A stretch of 64,000 bases of DNA from an uncultured Spirochaetota bacterium (GCA_963783575.1 CAWAOD010000011.1:288001-352000), one strand, 5' to 3'. Numbered from the stretch's first letter, positions 9,313-19,919 are shown. Notes: generated from the sequence alone by a model not told the origin. A program made the numbers and translations.

Positions 9313-11517
9313 ATGCTGAAGAATATAAAGCTGAAAACAAAAATGCTTATCGGGATAGGGTTGATATCTTTAATCGGGCTTAGTGGTGTGGGGTTAACCA
9401 CATACTTTATAGCGGATAATACAATAAGTGATTTTGTTAAAAAAGATTTAAGCAATAAATTAAGCATGGCATATTCATACGTAGATACCACTCTGAATTC
9501 GGAAGTAAGATCATATTTAAAAACAAGAGCTGATGATACAAAGCTTATTGTTGAAAATTATTACAATTTATATAATACAAGAAAAATGAAAGAAAATGAT
9601 GCGCTTGATAAAATCAAGAATCTTGTTCTTGATGAGAATTTTGGAAAAATAGGCGATACCGGATACATTGCTGTGGCGTCATCAAAAAGTATTGTAATAT
9701 TTCACCCTAAAATTCCTGCCGGCACCGATCTCAGTAAGAATGATATTATTAATAAAGGATCACAGATTAAGAATGGATATTTTGAGTATCCCTGGAAGAA
9801 TCCGGATGAAAATCAGGAAAGAATGAAGGCTGTCGCCCTTTCCTATTTTGAACCTTGGGATATGGTGATCTGGTGTACTTCATATATTTCTGAATTTGTA
9901 AGCTGGCTTGATTTTGATAAGCTAAGCAAAGAAATATTGGATATAAAAATCGGAAAAACCGGATATGCCTATATTATTAATTCAAGAGGCGATCTTATAA
10001 TCCATCCGTCTATGGCCGGGCAAAATATTTACAATTCAAAAGATGAAAAAGGCAGATTTTTCATTCAGGAAATTTGTTCAAAAAAGAACGGGCAGATAAT
10101 TTATCCCTGGAAAAATCCGGATGATAAAAAAGCCAGAGATAAAATAGTGTTTTATAAATATTATAAAGATTTGGATTGGATAATTGCAGTCGGTTCATAT
10201 CTTGATGAATTTTACGCTCCTATGATGCAGCTTGGAATTTATTCAATTGCCATCATAATGATAACCTTAATTATTATTTTGATTATTAGTTACCAATTAT
10301 CAAATTATTTTATAAAGGGGCTTTTGGTTATAAAGAATAAATTGATGAATATTGCATCGGATTCCGAGATAGCGGATTTAACAAAACGAATTAATATTAA
10401 TATAAACGATGAAATCGGAGATATCGGTTTTGTTGTTAACAGCATTTTACAAAAACTGAATAATAGTATTTATGAAGTAGATTCTGCTTCAAAAATAATT
10501 AAAGTTTCAGCCGACAGTTCAAAGGAGATTATTGATAAAAGCTCAAATAACTTTGGGCAGATAAAAGCAAACATCCAGAAAATTGAAAATCAAACTGAAA
10601 ATTCGGCTTCGGGTATAGAACAATTATCTGCTGCGCTTGAGGAGATGGACAGAAATATTGAGAGTATTTTGGACTTTATGGTGCTGCAGGCCTCTTCGGT
10701 TGAAGAAGGAGCGAGTTCAATAGAGGAAATGGTAAGGAATATCGATAATACGGCATCAATGTCGGTAAAGACTCATGAGATTTCAAATAATCTGAATAAT
10801 GTTGCTCAAGAAGGCGGGATAGCAGTAAAAGATTCCATAAAATCTGTCAAAGAAGTTGCCGAATATTCCCAGCAAATTTTAAAACTGTTAAGTTTGATCA
10901 CAAATATCGCTAAACAGACAAATCTGCTGGCAATGAATGCGGCTATAGAAGCAGCCCATGCAGGCGAAGCGGGAAAAGGTTTTGCGATTGTAGCCGATGA
11001 AATCAGGAGGCTTTCCGAAGATACCAATAAAAATGCGAAGGATATTGGAGATGTCGTTGGAACAATTGTCACCCGGATTGATGATTCTGTAAAACTATCT
11101 GAAAAAACCGGTATCGCGCTTGAGACTATTATGAATTATTCCCGGCAGAATGTTCAGATAATTAACCAGCTTAATGTAGCTATGGTCGAGCAAAATAATG
11201 GAGCCAAAGAAATACTTAAAGCCACTCAGGAACTTGTAAGAATAACGGAAGAAGTTAAAACTTCTATGACTGAGCAAAAAAAAGCTACCAAGGAATTTAA
11301 CCAAACTTTGCATGATCTTCGAAACTTATCCCTGGAAAACAAAGATAATATCATCGATCATATAAAAAATATTACTGAATTGATAGTATTTCAGGATAAT
11401 ATATTGAAAATTATAAATGAAAATCAGAACCAGGCAACTAATCTGCAGAACCTTGTTAATAAATTTATCGTAAATGAAACAAAAAGAGAAAATACCGGAC
11501 TGAAACTGGTTGAATGA
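9313..11517 (+). CDS. Methyl-accepting chemotaxis protein with tandem Cache sensor domains
   Basis: Two IG.TGY...HP...YPWKNPD Cache repeats; identical signalling hairpin; ATG 9313 after GGGGGA. Confidence 0.95.
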   Translation: MLKNIKLKTKMLIGIGLISLIGLSGVGLTTYFIADNTISDFVKKDLSNKLSMAYSYVDTTLNSEVRSYLKTRADDTKLIVENYYNLYNTRKMKENDALDKIKNLVLDENFGKIGDTGYIAVASSKSIVIFHPKIPAGTDLSKNDIINKGSQIKNGYFEYPWKNPDENQERMKAVALSYFEPWDMVIWCTSYISEFVSWLDFDKLSKEILDIKIGKTGYAYIINSRGDLIIHPSMAGQNIYNSKDEKGRFFIQEICSKKNGQIIYPWKNPDDKKARDKIVFYKYYKDLDWIIAVGSYLDEFYAPMMQLGIYSIAIIMITLIIILIISYQLSNYFIKGLLVIKNKLMNIASDSEIADLTKRINININDEIGDIGFVVNSILQKLNNSIYEVDSASKIIKVSADSSKEIIDKSSNNFGQIKANIQKIENQTENSASGIEQLSAALEEMDRNIESILDFMVLQASSVEEGASSIEEMVRNIDNTASMSVKTHEISNNLNNVAQEGGIAVKDSIKSVKEVAEYSQQILKLLSLITNIAKQTNLLAMNAAIEAAHAGEAGKGFAIVADEIRRLSEDTNKNAKDIGDVVGTIVTRIDDSVKLSEKTGIALETIMNYSRQNVQIINQLNVAMVEQNNGAKEILKATQELVRITEEVKTSMTEQKKATKEFNQTLHDLRNLSLENKDNIIDHIKNITELIVFQDNILKIINENQNQATNLQNLVNKFIVNETKRENTGLKLVE

Positions 11518-11660
11518 TTATAAAGATTCTGTAAATCTCAAATTTAAATAAAATCCATTCAAATATTTCATATTCACTTGACATTATGAGACAGAACTTA
11601 TTATTTTAAAATAATATTTATTCATAGTTTAAAAAACGAAAATTATTTAAGGAGGAATTT

Positions 11661-12827
11661 ATGTTATATTGCAAATTTCTCGGAAATATCCTGAGAATTT
11701 GCGCGGTTTTAATCTTTGGAGCTGCAATAGCTTCTTATGCGGCTGAAATGCAAAATAATTCCGGTAAGTTTTATTTCGTTCAGTTTTCGGACACTCACTG
11801 GGGCTTTAATGACCCAAAAATAAACCCTGATTTTTCCAATACTCTGCAAAAAGCTATAGCGGAAGTTAATGATCTGGAAATTCAACCGGATTTTATTGTC
11901 TTTACAGGAGACCTGACACATACGACGGATGATCCCCAGATCCGGAGGCAGAGGATGATGGAATTCAAAACCATAATAAGCGGATTTAAAGTGACAAATA
12001 TCATGTTTCTGCCGGGAGAACATTACGCCAGCCTTGACAACGGACAAGCCTATAAGGAAATCTTTGGCGATACATATTATGCATTTGATTATAAGGGTAT
12101 TCATTTTGTTGCACTTGATAATGTTTCCGATCCTGCTGCAAATATAGGTGAAATCCAATTACAGTGGTTGAGCAATGTTTTGCTAAAGTTTGATAAAGAT
12201 TCCCAGATTATCGTTTTCACGCACAGGCCTCTGTTTCCACTTTACCCGCAATGGGAATGGTGGACTCAGGACGGTCAGAAAGCGCTTGATCTACTAGCTC
12301 CTTTCAATAATGTAACTGTTTTTTACGGGCATATTCACCAGAATAACCAAGCAATAACCGGGAAAATTAAGCATTATGCCGCACCTGGTTTAATGTATCC
12401 TTTACCTGCACCCGGTTCGGTTCCGAAGCGCGCTCCTGTACCCTGGGATCCGGAAGACCCTTATAAAGGCCTGGGATTCAGAACAGTTGAGGTTAATACG
12501 CTAAAACCGGGAAACATAATTAAGGAATATACCATTACGGCAATGCAGTCCGATCAGGTAATAAAGATTTCAGCGAAGAAATTCGAATTTTCTCCTAATG
12601 AGGTACACCTTAAAAAAGGTGTACCGGTTATACTTGAATTGACTTCACTGGATCGTCTGCATGGTATTTTCTGTCAGGAACTTAATATCAATGCCAAAAT
12701 CGAACCTGGTAAAATAACACGAGTTAAGTTAGTTCCATCAAAGACCGGGACTTTTGATTTTCACTGTAGCGTATACTGCGGTGAGGGGCACGATGACATG
12801 ACCGGAAAGTTTATTGTTGAAGAATAG
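11661..12827 (+). CDS. Secreted calcineurin-like metallophosphoesterase fused to C-terminal CuA-type cupredoxin
   Basis: SDTH, TGDLTH, PGEH, THRP, YGHIH motifs; C-terminal DRLHG...FHCSVYCGEGHDDM (CxxxCxxxHxxM). Confidence 0.85.
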   Translation: MLYCKFLGNILRICAVLIFGAAIASYAAEMQNNSGKFYFVQFSDTHWGFNDPKINPDFSNTLQKAIAEVNDLEIQPDFIVFTGDLTHTTDDPQIRRQRMMEFKTIISGFKVTNIMFLPGEHYASLDNGQAYKEIFGDTYYAFDYKGIHFVALDNVSDPAANIGEIQLQWLSNVLLKFDKDSQIIVFTHRPLFPLYPQWEWWTQDGQKALDLLAPFNNVTVFYGHIHQNNQAITGKIKHYAAPGLMYPLPAPGSVPKRAPVPWDPEDPYKGLGFRTVEVNTLKPGNIIKEYTITAMQSDQVIKISAKKFEFSPNEVHLKKGVPVILELTSLDRLHGIFCQELNINAKIEPGKITRVKLVPSKTGTFDFHCSVYCGEGHDDMTGKFIVEE

Positions 12828-12840
12828 CAGAAATTATTAT

Positions 12841-12880
12841 TCAGCATCCTCGAGACAAAGTTTCGAGGATGCTGAGTTTT
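12841..12880 (+). terminator. Intrinsic terminator
   Basis: TCAGCATCCTCGAGAC-AAA-GTTTCGAGGATGCTGA followed by GTTTT. Confidence 0.85.
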
Positions 12881-12928
12881 ATTCCGGTTTTGCTTTTTAT
12901 TAATTATAGATTTACCGATTTCTTAGAA

Positions 12929-12957
12929 TTGACAATCTTCTTTTTATAAATTAAGAT
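12929..12957 (+). promoter_or_regulatory. Sigma70-type promoter of the LPS core operon
   Basis: TTGACA-N17-TAAGAT. Confidence 0.7.
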
Positions 12958-13003
12958 ATATCTGAACTTTAAGCATAAGAATTGATCAATCAGGAACTTC
13001 GTT

Positions 13004-14401
13004 ATGAATCCACCCAAAAAATCCAGACTTTTATCCAGTTTCGATTTATTATTGGTAATAATTATAATCATTTCGATTATAATATGTTATGCAGGCTTAA
13101 ATATGATTTATAACATCGAGGAAGTGGACGATGCCTGGACATTATCGTTTATTTATAATGCTTTTGTGCGGCATATACCGCCTGAATCGACTTTCGGCGG
13201 TGGTCTGGCAAACCTGAAGTTCTTCGGTTTGACGCAGGCTTATATCTATTCGTTTATTTTGAACATTCTGGGCTGGACAAAATCAAATTCCCACCTTGTT
13301 TCAATGTTTTTTATGATGCTGTCGGCGATAACCTGGTACGGTATTTTATGTAAATTGAAATTTTCAAAAAAGCTGGCAATTTTTTTCAGTCTTTTAATAT
13401 TATGGTGCGAGCCGTTTTTCCGCGAGGTTGTACTTGCAAGGCCTGAATCTTTGACATTTTTTCTTATAAGCGCAGGATTCTTTCTGTTTATTTCCGGGAG
13501 GTATTTTTTTTCCGGTTTAATTGCAATGATTGCCCTGGAAAATCATCCTATGGGCATAATGTTTTTTGTTTACATAGCGGCTTTTATTATTGTAAATTGG
13601 AATACCTTTTGGGGGAGAAGATATTTAATTAAAATTATAATGTTTTTTATTTCCGGTGTCATAATTGGTTCCATATATTATTTTTTACTTCATTACAAAA
13701 ATATCGGCGGTATAACCGGCAATATCCGGGAAGGAGCAGGGGGATTTCTCAACACTGTTTTATACCAGTATTTTTTTATTGTGGCAAAGTATAAAAGACA
13801 CCTCGCGGATTTTATTTTTTTCATAATAAGTCTGGGTATTTTTATATGGCGGGGTTATTATAAGCAGAACAGGTTTATTTTGATTTTTTTATTAATTATA
13901 TTAGCGGCAAATTTTTTGAATCCCAGGACGAACTTTCATTATACTTTATATTTTTACCCGGCTTTTATACTTCTTTCGCTTTTTACTTTTGAAAAAACGG
14001 CTGAAGTTGAATGGGCCGTGAGTATTTTGTTTTTAATGTTTCTTGCTTATAATGCTACTATTTTCTACCGGAGATATTATTATAATTTTGATAATTATAT
14101 TTCAGAAATACGTAAAGCAGTTCCCGATGACAGACTACCTGTGGTCGGCGGGCCGAATGAGTGGTATGCCTTCAAAGACAGGGAATTTTATGCGGGGGTT
14201 TATACTTTTTCTTTTAACACTAATTCGCGGGAATTTTATTTAATTGAAGGAAATTTATTCAGGAACGGTTTTCCGGGTATAAAAACTGCGGAAATGTTTA
14301 AAGATTATATAAGCAATAATTATTCCGGGAAATTGATAAAATCTCTTGAGATCAACCGGGAAAAATATGATATCCAATTGATGTCAAAAATAAATCCGTA
14401 A
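13004..14401 (+). CDS. Polytopic membrane protein, probable GT-C glycosyltransferase (ArnT/PMT-like)
   Basis: Acidic EEVDDAW after TM1, ARPE motif, about 11 TM segments, soluble C-terminal tail. Confidence 0.65.
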   Translation: MNPPKKSRLLSSFDLLLVIIIIISIIICYAGLNMIYNIEEVDDAWTLSFIYNAFVRHIPPESTFGGGLANLKFFGLTQAYIYSFILNILGWTKSNSHLVSMFFMMLSAITWYGILCKLKFSKKLAIFFSLLILWCEPFFREVVLARPESLTFFLISAGFFLFISGRYFFSGLIAMIALENHPMGIMFFVYIAAFIIVNWNTFWGRRYLIKIIMFFISGVIIGSIYYFLLHYKNIGGITGNIREGAGGFLNTVLYQYFFIVAKYKRHLADFIFFIISLGIFIWRGYYKQNRFILIFLLIILAANFLNPRTNFHYTLYFYPAFILLSLFTFEKTAEVEWAVSILFLMFLAYNATIFYRRYYYNFDNYISEIRKAVPDDRLPVVGGPNEWYAFKDREFYAGVYTFSFNTNSREFYLIEGNLFRNGFPGIKTAEMFKDYISNNYSGKLIKSLEINREKYDIQLMSKINP

Positions 14402-14424
14402 AATCATAAAGTAAATACAGTGGA

Positions 14425-15576
14425 ATGGATGAGCCGCAAATGCAGTTAAATAAAGGATATCTGTACCAAAATAAAATTAAGCTTTTTTTTATTATAATTC
14501 TGGATCATATATTATCGATATTTCCTAAAAAAAACAGAGAGTTTCCTGATCAAATTCATAAAATTCTGATAATCAAACCCGATCATCTGGGTGATATGCT
14601 GAATTTAACATCGGTTTTTCCTCTGATCGGGAAAAAGTTTCCGGGTATCCCGGTTGATATAGTTGCCAATAAATGGAGCATTTCGATTCTTGAAAATAAT
14701 CCTTACGTTCGTAATAAATACTGTGTCAACCACTGGAGGATGAACCGCGAAAAGAATATTCTATTTATGAAAATAATCGAATATATAACAACTTTTTTTC
14801 AAACACTTCAAAAAATAAAAAAAGAATCGTATGATTTATGCCTTGTTATGCGGGCTTACGGAAATAACCTTATAGGCCTTGCAAAATTAGGGAATTGCCG
14901 TTATATTATAGGGCATAAAACCGGGGGTTTCGGTCATTGGCTTGACGATACTGCCGATTGGAAACCTGGTTTACATGAAGTCCAGCACTTCCTTGAAGTT
15001 CTTTCAAAGGCTGGAATTAATTCTGATTTAAAAGATTTGCATCAGGAAATTTATCCTTCGAAAGATTCCGTAACTTTTGTTGATAAAATCCAGAACGAAT
15101 ATTTTTCTTTAAGCGATAAAATTGCGGTAGTGCATCCGGGAGCAGGAGATATTAGAAAATCACTGTCTGTTGAAAACTGGAAATTTATTGTAGAATGTAT
15201 TGAAAAACTTGGTTACAGAACCGCGATAACAGGAATAAAAGCTGAAAAGGGTTTGTGTGTGAGTATTTCATCAGGTTATTCCATAAATTTATGCGGTAAA
15301 TTTAATATACCGGAATTGGCTCAGTTTTACCGAAAAGCTAGTTTGATCATTACTGTGGATACTTTGTCAGCCCATCTTGGCGGCTGGAGCGGCGTTAAAA
15401 CGATCGTTTTTTATAGCGGCATCAATGACAGCAAACAATGGCGCCCTCTGGGCGGTAATATTAAAATTATTGAAAAAAATTGTATTAAAATTCCTTGCTT
15501 TAAAGGTTGTAAAAACAATGAGTGCATGGATTACGATTTTCCCCAACTGGAGAATTTAATAAGAGAGAATATATGA
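14425..15576 (+). CDS. Glycosyltransferase family 9 (heptosyltransferase-like)
   Basis: KPDHLGDML, HPGAG, ITVDTLSAHL, WRP motifs; adjacent to hldE. Confidence 0.88.
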   Translation: MDEPQMQLNKGYLYQNKIKLFFIIILDHILSIFPKKNREFPDQIHKILIIKPDHLGDMLNLTSVFPLIGKKFPGIPVDIVANKWSISILENNPYVRNKYCVNHWRMNREKNILFMKIIEYITTFFQTLQKIKKESYDLCLVMRAYGNNLIGLAKLGNCRYIIGHKTGGFGHWLDDTADWKPGLHEVQHFLEVLSKAGINSDLKDLHQEIYPSKDSVTFVDKIQNEYFSLSDKIAVVHPGAGDIRKSLSVENWKFIVECIEKLGYRTAITGIKAEKGLCVSISSGYSINLCGKFNIPELAQFYRKASLIITVDTLSAHLGGWSGVKTIVFYSGINDSKQWRPLGGNIKIIEKNCIKIPCFKGCKNNECMDYDFPQLENLIRENI

Positions 15577-16994
15577 AGCTGAATTTTACCGGTGCATCCG
15601 TTTTAGTTGTCGGAGATATTATACTTGACCAGTATTATTATGGTAATGTAAGCAGAATATCGCCTGAAGCGCCTGTTCCAGTTGTTAAAATTGTAAGATC
15701 GGCCTGGAACCTTGGCGGGGCAGGTTACGTTGCAAACAATATAGCTCATCTGAAATCCCGATGTTTTTTGATTGGACTTGCCGGAAATGATGATAACAGG
15801 AGGATTCTGGAAAATCTTTTGAAACATGAAGAAATCAATTATGAAATTATTGAGGCTTTATATCCTACCACTACAAAAGTCAGGGTAATCGGGGAGCGCC
15901 AGCAGATGATAAGGCTTGATTTCGAGAAAACGCCAGGTCAGATTCCTCAGACAGATGAAGCAATGATGGATTTGGTGAAAGTAAAAATTGCTAAATATAT
16001 TAATGATGCCAATGTAATAATCATTTCAGATTACGGAAAAGGTTTTTTTACACCTGATTTATGCAGATACTTAATCAATATTGCGAATAGGGATAATAAA
16101 ATCACTATTGTCGATCCAAAGGGGAGCAACTGGGATAAGTACAAAAATGCGACAGTAATAACGCCTAATGTGAAAGAATTGTCGGAAGCCGCCGGAAGGC
16201 TCGTTCAAAATATTGATACGGAAGTTGAGAAATCCGGCATTGAATTACTAAATAAGTATAATTTTAAAAATATACTTGTTACACGATCAGACAAGGGGAT
16301 GAGTTTTATTAATACAAGTGAAACCCATCATATTCCAACGGATGCCATTGAGGTTTTTGATGTTTCGGGAGCCGGGGATACGGTTGTCGCCGCATTGGCA
16401 GTTTGCGTCTCAATAGGAATGAACTGGATAGAATCAGTTAAAATCGCAAATCGTGCAGCCGGAATTGTTGTAAGTAAATCCGGTACCGTCCCCATTAATA
16501 TTAATGAACTGGAAGATTCTTTTGTGGAAAAGGAGAATGCAAAAATTCTTAATCTGGAACTACTGCATAATAAATTGGTATATCTCAGAAAAATGGATAA
16601 AAAGATTGTATTTACAAACGGCTGTTTCGATATTCTTCACAGGGGGCATATTAATTATCTGAGGAAGGCAAAAGATCTGGGAGATATATTAATAATAGGC
16701 CTGAACAGCGATCAATCTGTCAGGCGGTTGAAGGGAGAAAAAAGACCTTTTAATAAACTGGAGGATAGGGCGGAAATATTGTCATGTCTGGAATTTGTTG
16801 ATTTTGTAACTGTTTTCGATGAAGATACGCCTTATAACCTTATTAAATCTGTCAGACCTGATATTCTGGTTAAAGGCGGAGACTACAAAGCGGAAGAAGT
16901 TGTAGGCAGGGAGTTTGCCAGTGAAACGGTAATCCTTCCATTTTTAGAGGGTTATTCGACAACTGATATTATTAGAAAAAAGGAATCAGAATGA
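15573..16994 (+). CDS. hldE: Bifunctional heptose-7-P kinase / heptose-1-P adenylyltransferase
   Basis: RISPEAPVPV, SDYGKG, DVSGAGDT, FTNGCFDILHRGH, KGGDY; ATG at 15573 overlaps the GT9 stop. Confidence 0.96.
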   Translation: MKLNFTGASVLVVGDIILDQYYYGNVSRISPEAPVPVVKIVRSAWNLGGAGYVANNIAHLKSRCFLIGLAGNDDNRRILENLLKHEEINYEIIEALYPTTTKVRVIGERQQMIRLDFEKTPGQIPQTDEAMMDLVKVKIAKYINDANVIIISDYGKGFFTPDLCRYLINIANRDNKITIVDPKGSNWDKYKNATVITPNVKELSEAAGRLVQNIDTEVEKSGIELLNKYNFKNILVTRSDKGMSFINTSETHHIPTDAIEVFDVSGAGDTVVAALAVCVSIGMNWIESVKIANRAAGIVVSKSGTVPININELEDSFVEKENAKILNLELLHNKLVYLRKMDKKIVFTNGCFDILHRGHINYLRKAKDLGDILIIGLNSDQSVRRLKGEKRPFNKLEDRAEILSCLEFVDFVTVFDEDTPYNLIKSVRPDILVKGGDYKAEEVVGREFASETVILPFLEGYSTTDIIRKKESE

Positions 16995-17299
16995 GGGAAA
17001 TCCGGCTTCTGCCGCGAGAAAAAAAAATAATTATTGATTCTGCAATTGAATGTTTTAATGAACATACTTCGGTATATTTGTTCGGATCTAAAACGGACAT
17101 AAATAAAAAAGGTGGGGATATCGATATTCTGGTTCTTACCGATGATTTACCTGACAGAAAAAAGATTAGATTGTTTAAAATATTATTACTTGATAAACTT
17201 GGAGAGAGGAAAATCGATGTTGTTTCAGCAACTAAAAACAGCGTAGATAATTTTGTTAATCTAATTAAAGAAGAAGGAATTTGTTTATGGGAATACTGA
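16991..17299 (+). CDS. Minimal nucleotidyltransferase (MNT) antitoxin
   Basis: YLFGS..D...GGDIDIL motif, 102 aa, followed by a HEPN gene. Confidence 0.88.
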   Translation: MREIRLLPREKKIIIDSAIECFNEHTSVYLFGSKTDINKKGGDIDILVLTDDLPDRKKIRLFKILLLDKLGERKIDVVSATKNSVDNFVNLIKEEGICLWEY

Positions 17300-17772
17300 A
17301 TAAAAGATATCAATACAGGGATTTGTTAATAGAACAGGTTAATCTTCTGGAAAAATCATCTCAAAAGCTGAATTATTCTTATCAAAAGGCTTTATCATTC
17401 TTCAATAAATCAGATCAAAATTTCTCTGAGGACGAACTGGAGACATTCGAATCTTTATGCGGACGTTTTGCGCGGTCTTCGGATTTAATAATACAAAAAG
17501 TTTTCCGTTTAATAGACATGGTAAATCTGGAAGAACAGGATTTTTCAATAATTGACCGGATAGAATGAGCTGAAAAGAACGGACTTATTGATTCTTCTAT
17601 AAATTTTAAGAATATCAGGGAATTGAGGAATGAAATAGTGCATGAATATAAAATGGAAAAATATATGGACATATTTAAAGACGTTGTGGAATATACTCCA
17701 ATCCTTCTGCAGGGAATAAAAAACGCTATTTATTATATTGAAATAAATTATAAAAATAAAACGGAGAAATAA
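17287..17772 (+). pseudogene. HEPN-domain toxin interrupted by in-frame TGA at 17566-17568
   Basis: Frame continues past the stop: DRIE*AEKNGLIDSSINFKNIRELRNEIVHEY...TEK* (TAA 17770-17772); RNEIVH = Rx4H motif. Confidence 0.85.
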
Positions 17773-18720
17773 ATGATCATAGTAACCGGCGGAGCCGGAT
17801 TTATTGGAAGCAATCTCGTAAAAGCATTGAATGAAAGAAGCATTAATGATATATTGATTGTGGACAATCTTGAAAAAAGCGGAAAGCATAAAAATCTAAA
17901 TACTCTCGAATTTACCGATTATTGCGACAAAAGGGATTTCTTCAATAAAATTGAAAATTTAAAAGGCCTTAAAATAGAAGCGGTTTTTCACCAGGGGGCC
18001 TGTTCCGATACCATGGAAACAAACGGCCGTTATATGATGGAAAATAATTATGAATTCAGCAAGCTTCTGCTGGAATTCTGTATCAGGAATAATTCAAGGT
18101 TCATTTATGCCTCTTCGGCTTCGGTTTATGGAGACGGGAAAAAAGGATTTAAGGAAAGCAGGAACTTCGAATATCCGTTAAATATTTATGCTTACTCAAA
18201 GTTTCTCTTTGACCAGTATGTCCGCAAACTATTACATAATAGTCCTATTCAAATAGCCGGGTTAAGGTATTTTAATGTATACGGCTCTCAGGAGACTCAC
18301 AAGGGCAGGATGGCTTCAACCGTTTTTCAGTTCCATAATCAGATATTAAAGGATGGTATTATAAGATTATTCGAAGGCAGTGAGAATTTCAAACGGGATT
18401 TTATTTTTGTCCAGGATGTAGTTGATGTTAATCTATATTTTTTTGGCCATCCTGAAAAGTCGGGAATATTCAATTGCGGTACCGGCAGGGCTGAAAGCTT
18501 TTTAAAAATCGCAGAAACTATGAAAGGCCTGTATAAAAAAAATGTTCAAATCCAATTTGTTCCCTTCCCGGAAGAACTGGAAGGGAAATACCAGGCTTTT
18601 ACAGAAGCGGATTTAAGCAATCTCCGTCAGGCAGGCTTTGTGAAGGATTTTACTTCTATGGTAGATGGAATACGGGCTTATGTTAGGGTTTTGAATGAAA
18701 ATGGCGGGTATTTTAAATGA
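17773..18720 (+). CDS. hldD: ADP-L-glycero-D-manno-heptose 6-epimerase
   Basis: MIIVTGGAGFIGSN, FHQGACSDT, YASSASVYG, PLNIYAYSK, YQAFTEAD. Confidence 0.96.
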   Translation: MIIVTGGAGFIGSNLVKALNERSINDILIVDNLEKSGKHKNLNTLEFTDYCDKRDFFNKIENLKGLKIEAVFHQGACSDTMETNGRYMMENNYEFSKLLLEFCIRNNSRFIYASSASVYGDGKKGFKESRNFEYPLNIYAYSKFLFDQYVRKLLHNSPIQIAGLRYFNVYGSQETHKGRMASTVFQFHNQILKDGIIRLFEGSENFKRDFIFVQDVVDVNLYFFGHPEKSGIFNCGTGRAESFLKIAETMKGLYKKNVQIQFVPFPEELEGKYQAFTEADLSNLRQAGFVKDFTSMVDGIRAYVRVLNENGGYFK

Positions 18721-18800
18721 ATTCTATAAGTGGAAACTTACTTCTAATTTTAATGTGTTTCAGTAAGCATTTTTTTCAATTCCATTAAAAATTGCTATTT

Positions 18801-19739
18801 CTATTCATCAAAATTAAACCTTTCCTTTTCAATCACAAGAGGCCTATTTTTAACCTGAGTATATATTGACCCAATGTATTCCCCAATAATTCCAATGAAA
18901 AAGAGCTGAACTGATGAAAAGAAAAATAAACCGATTACAAGTGGCGCTGTACCAACCTGGAATGTCTGCCAGTTTACTAGTTTATATACAAAGTAAAAGA
19001 TTGCTACAAGAAAGCTGATAAAAGCAGTGAAAAAACCCAGGAATGCTGCTAAACGAAGAGGAATTTTTGAGTTATTGACAAAACCGAGCATTGCTATATC
19101 ATAGAGTGTGTAGAAATTATTTTTAGTGTGTCCTTTCATCCGCTTTGATTGTATATAGCTTATTTCATACCTTTCAAAACCAATTTCTGCTATCATTCCC
19201 CTGAAGTATGGATAGGGATCATTCATTTTTTTGAGTGCTTCAATTACAATTCTGTCATATAATCCAAAGCCAGTAAAATTATCAATATGCTCAACTTCTC
19301 CAAATTTACGTATCATTATATAAAATAGCTTTCTAAAAGCAAATAATATAGGATTTTCTTTACTTTTATTTTTAATACCAATAACTATTTTATAGCCTTC
19401 TTCCCATTTTTTAATAAAATCCAAAATCATTTCCGGGGGATCTTGCAAATCGGCGACAATAACAATAACAGCGTCCCCTTTAGTCTGGAGTAATCCATAA
19501 TACGGAGAACGGACGTGCCCGAAATTTCTTGTGTTAACAATTATTTTTACATGTTTATCTTTTTCAGCAATCTTTTTTAATATTCCTACTGTATGATCTA
19601 TAGAGGAATTGTCGATGAACAAATGTTCATAATCATAATCTATTAAATCAAAGAAAATATCCTTAATCTTTTGATACACCATTTCGATATTTTGTTCTTC
19701 ATTGTAACAGGGTGTCATAATACTAATTAGCTTTTTCAT
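18801..19739 (-). CDS. Polyisoprenyl-phosphate glycosyltransferase, GT2 (GtrB/ArnC-like)
   Basis: PCYNEE, RNFG, ADLQDPP, two C-terminal TMs, GIIGEYIG..Y..VKNRP. Confidence 0.92.
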   Translation of the reverse strand: MKKLISIMTPCYNEEQNIEMVYQKIKDIFFDLIDYDYEHLFIDNSSIDHTVGILKKIAEKDKHVKIIVNTRNFGHVRSPYYGLLQTKGDAVIVIVADLQDPPEMILDFIKKWEEGYKIVIGIKNKSKENPILFAFRKLFYIMIRKFGEVEHIDNFTGFGLYDRIVIEALKKMNDPYPYFRGMIAEIGFERYEISYIQSKRMKGHTKNNFYTLYDIAMLGFVNNSKIPLRLAAFLGFFTAFISFLVAIFYFVYKLVNWQTFQVGTAPLVIGLFFFSSVQLFFIGIIGEYIGSIYTQVKNRPLVIEKERFNFDE

Positions 19740-19765
19740 TTTTTTATTACCTCCTTTAAAACTAT

Positions 19766-19890
19766 TTACTTATTCAGCAGGAATGAAATCAGAGCCATCG
19801 GTAGGAAACAGATCACTCCGCTGATAATAACATTAAACCCTGACAATATGAAAACTTTTATCAAACCGGTATTAAGAAAATCATAAATAG
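19766..19890 (-). pseudogene. 3' remnant of a GtrA-family flippase
   Basis: IYDFLNTGLIKVFILSGFNVIISGVICFLPMALISFLLNK* resembles the last two GtrA helices; lies directly upstream of the GtrB-like gene; 5' half absent. Confidence 0.55.
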
Positions 19891-19919
19891 ACGTTCTTGG
19901 AACCGTCCATATTGTATTA

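Noticed and set aside
17566..17568. TGA as Sec or Trp (recoding or alternative genetic code)
   Set aside because: TGA terminates intact genes here (both MCPs, hldE, hldD); the position is not Cys-like and I saw no convincing SECIS hairpin
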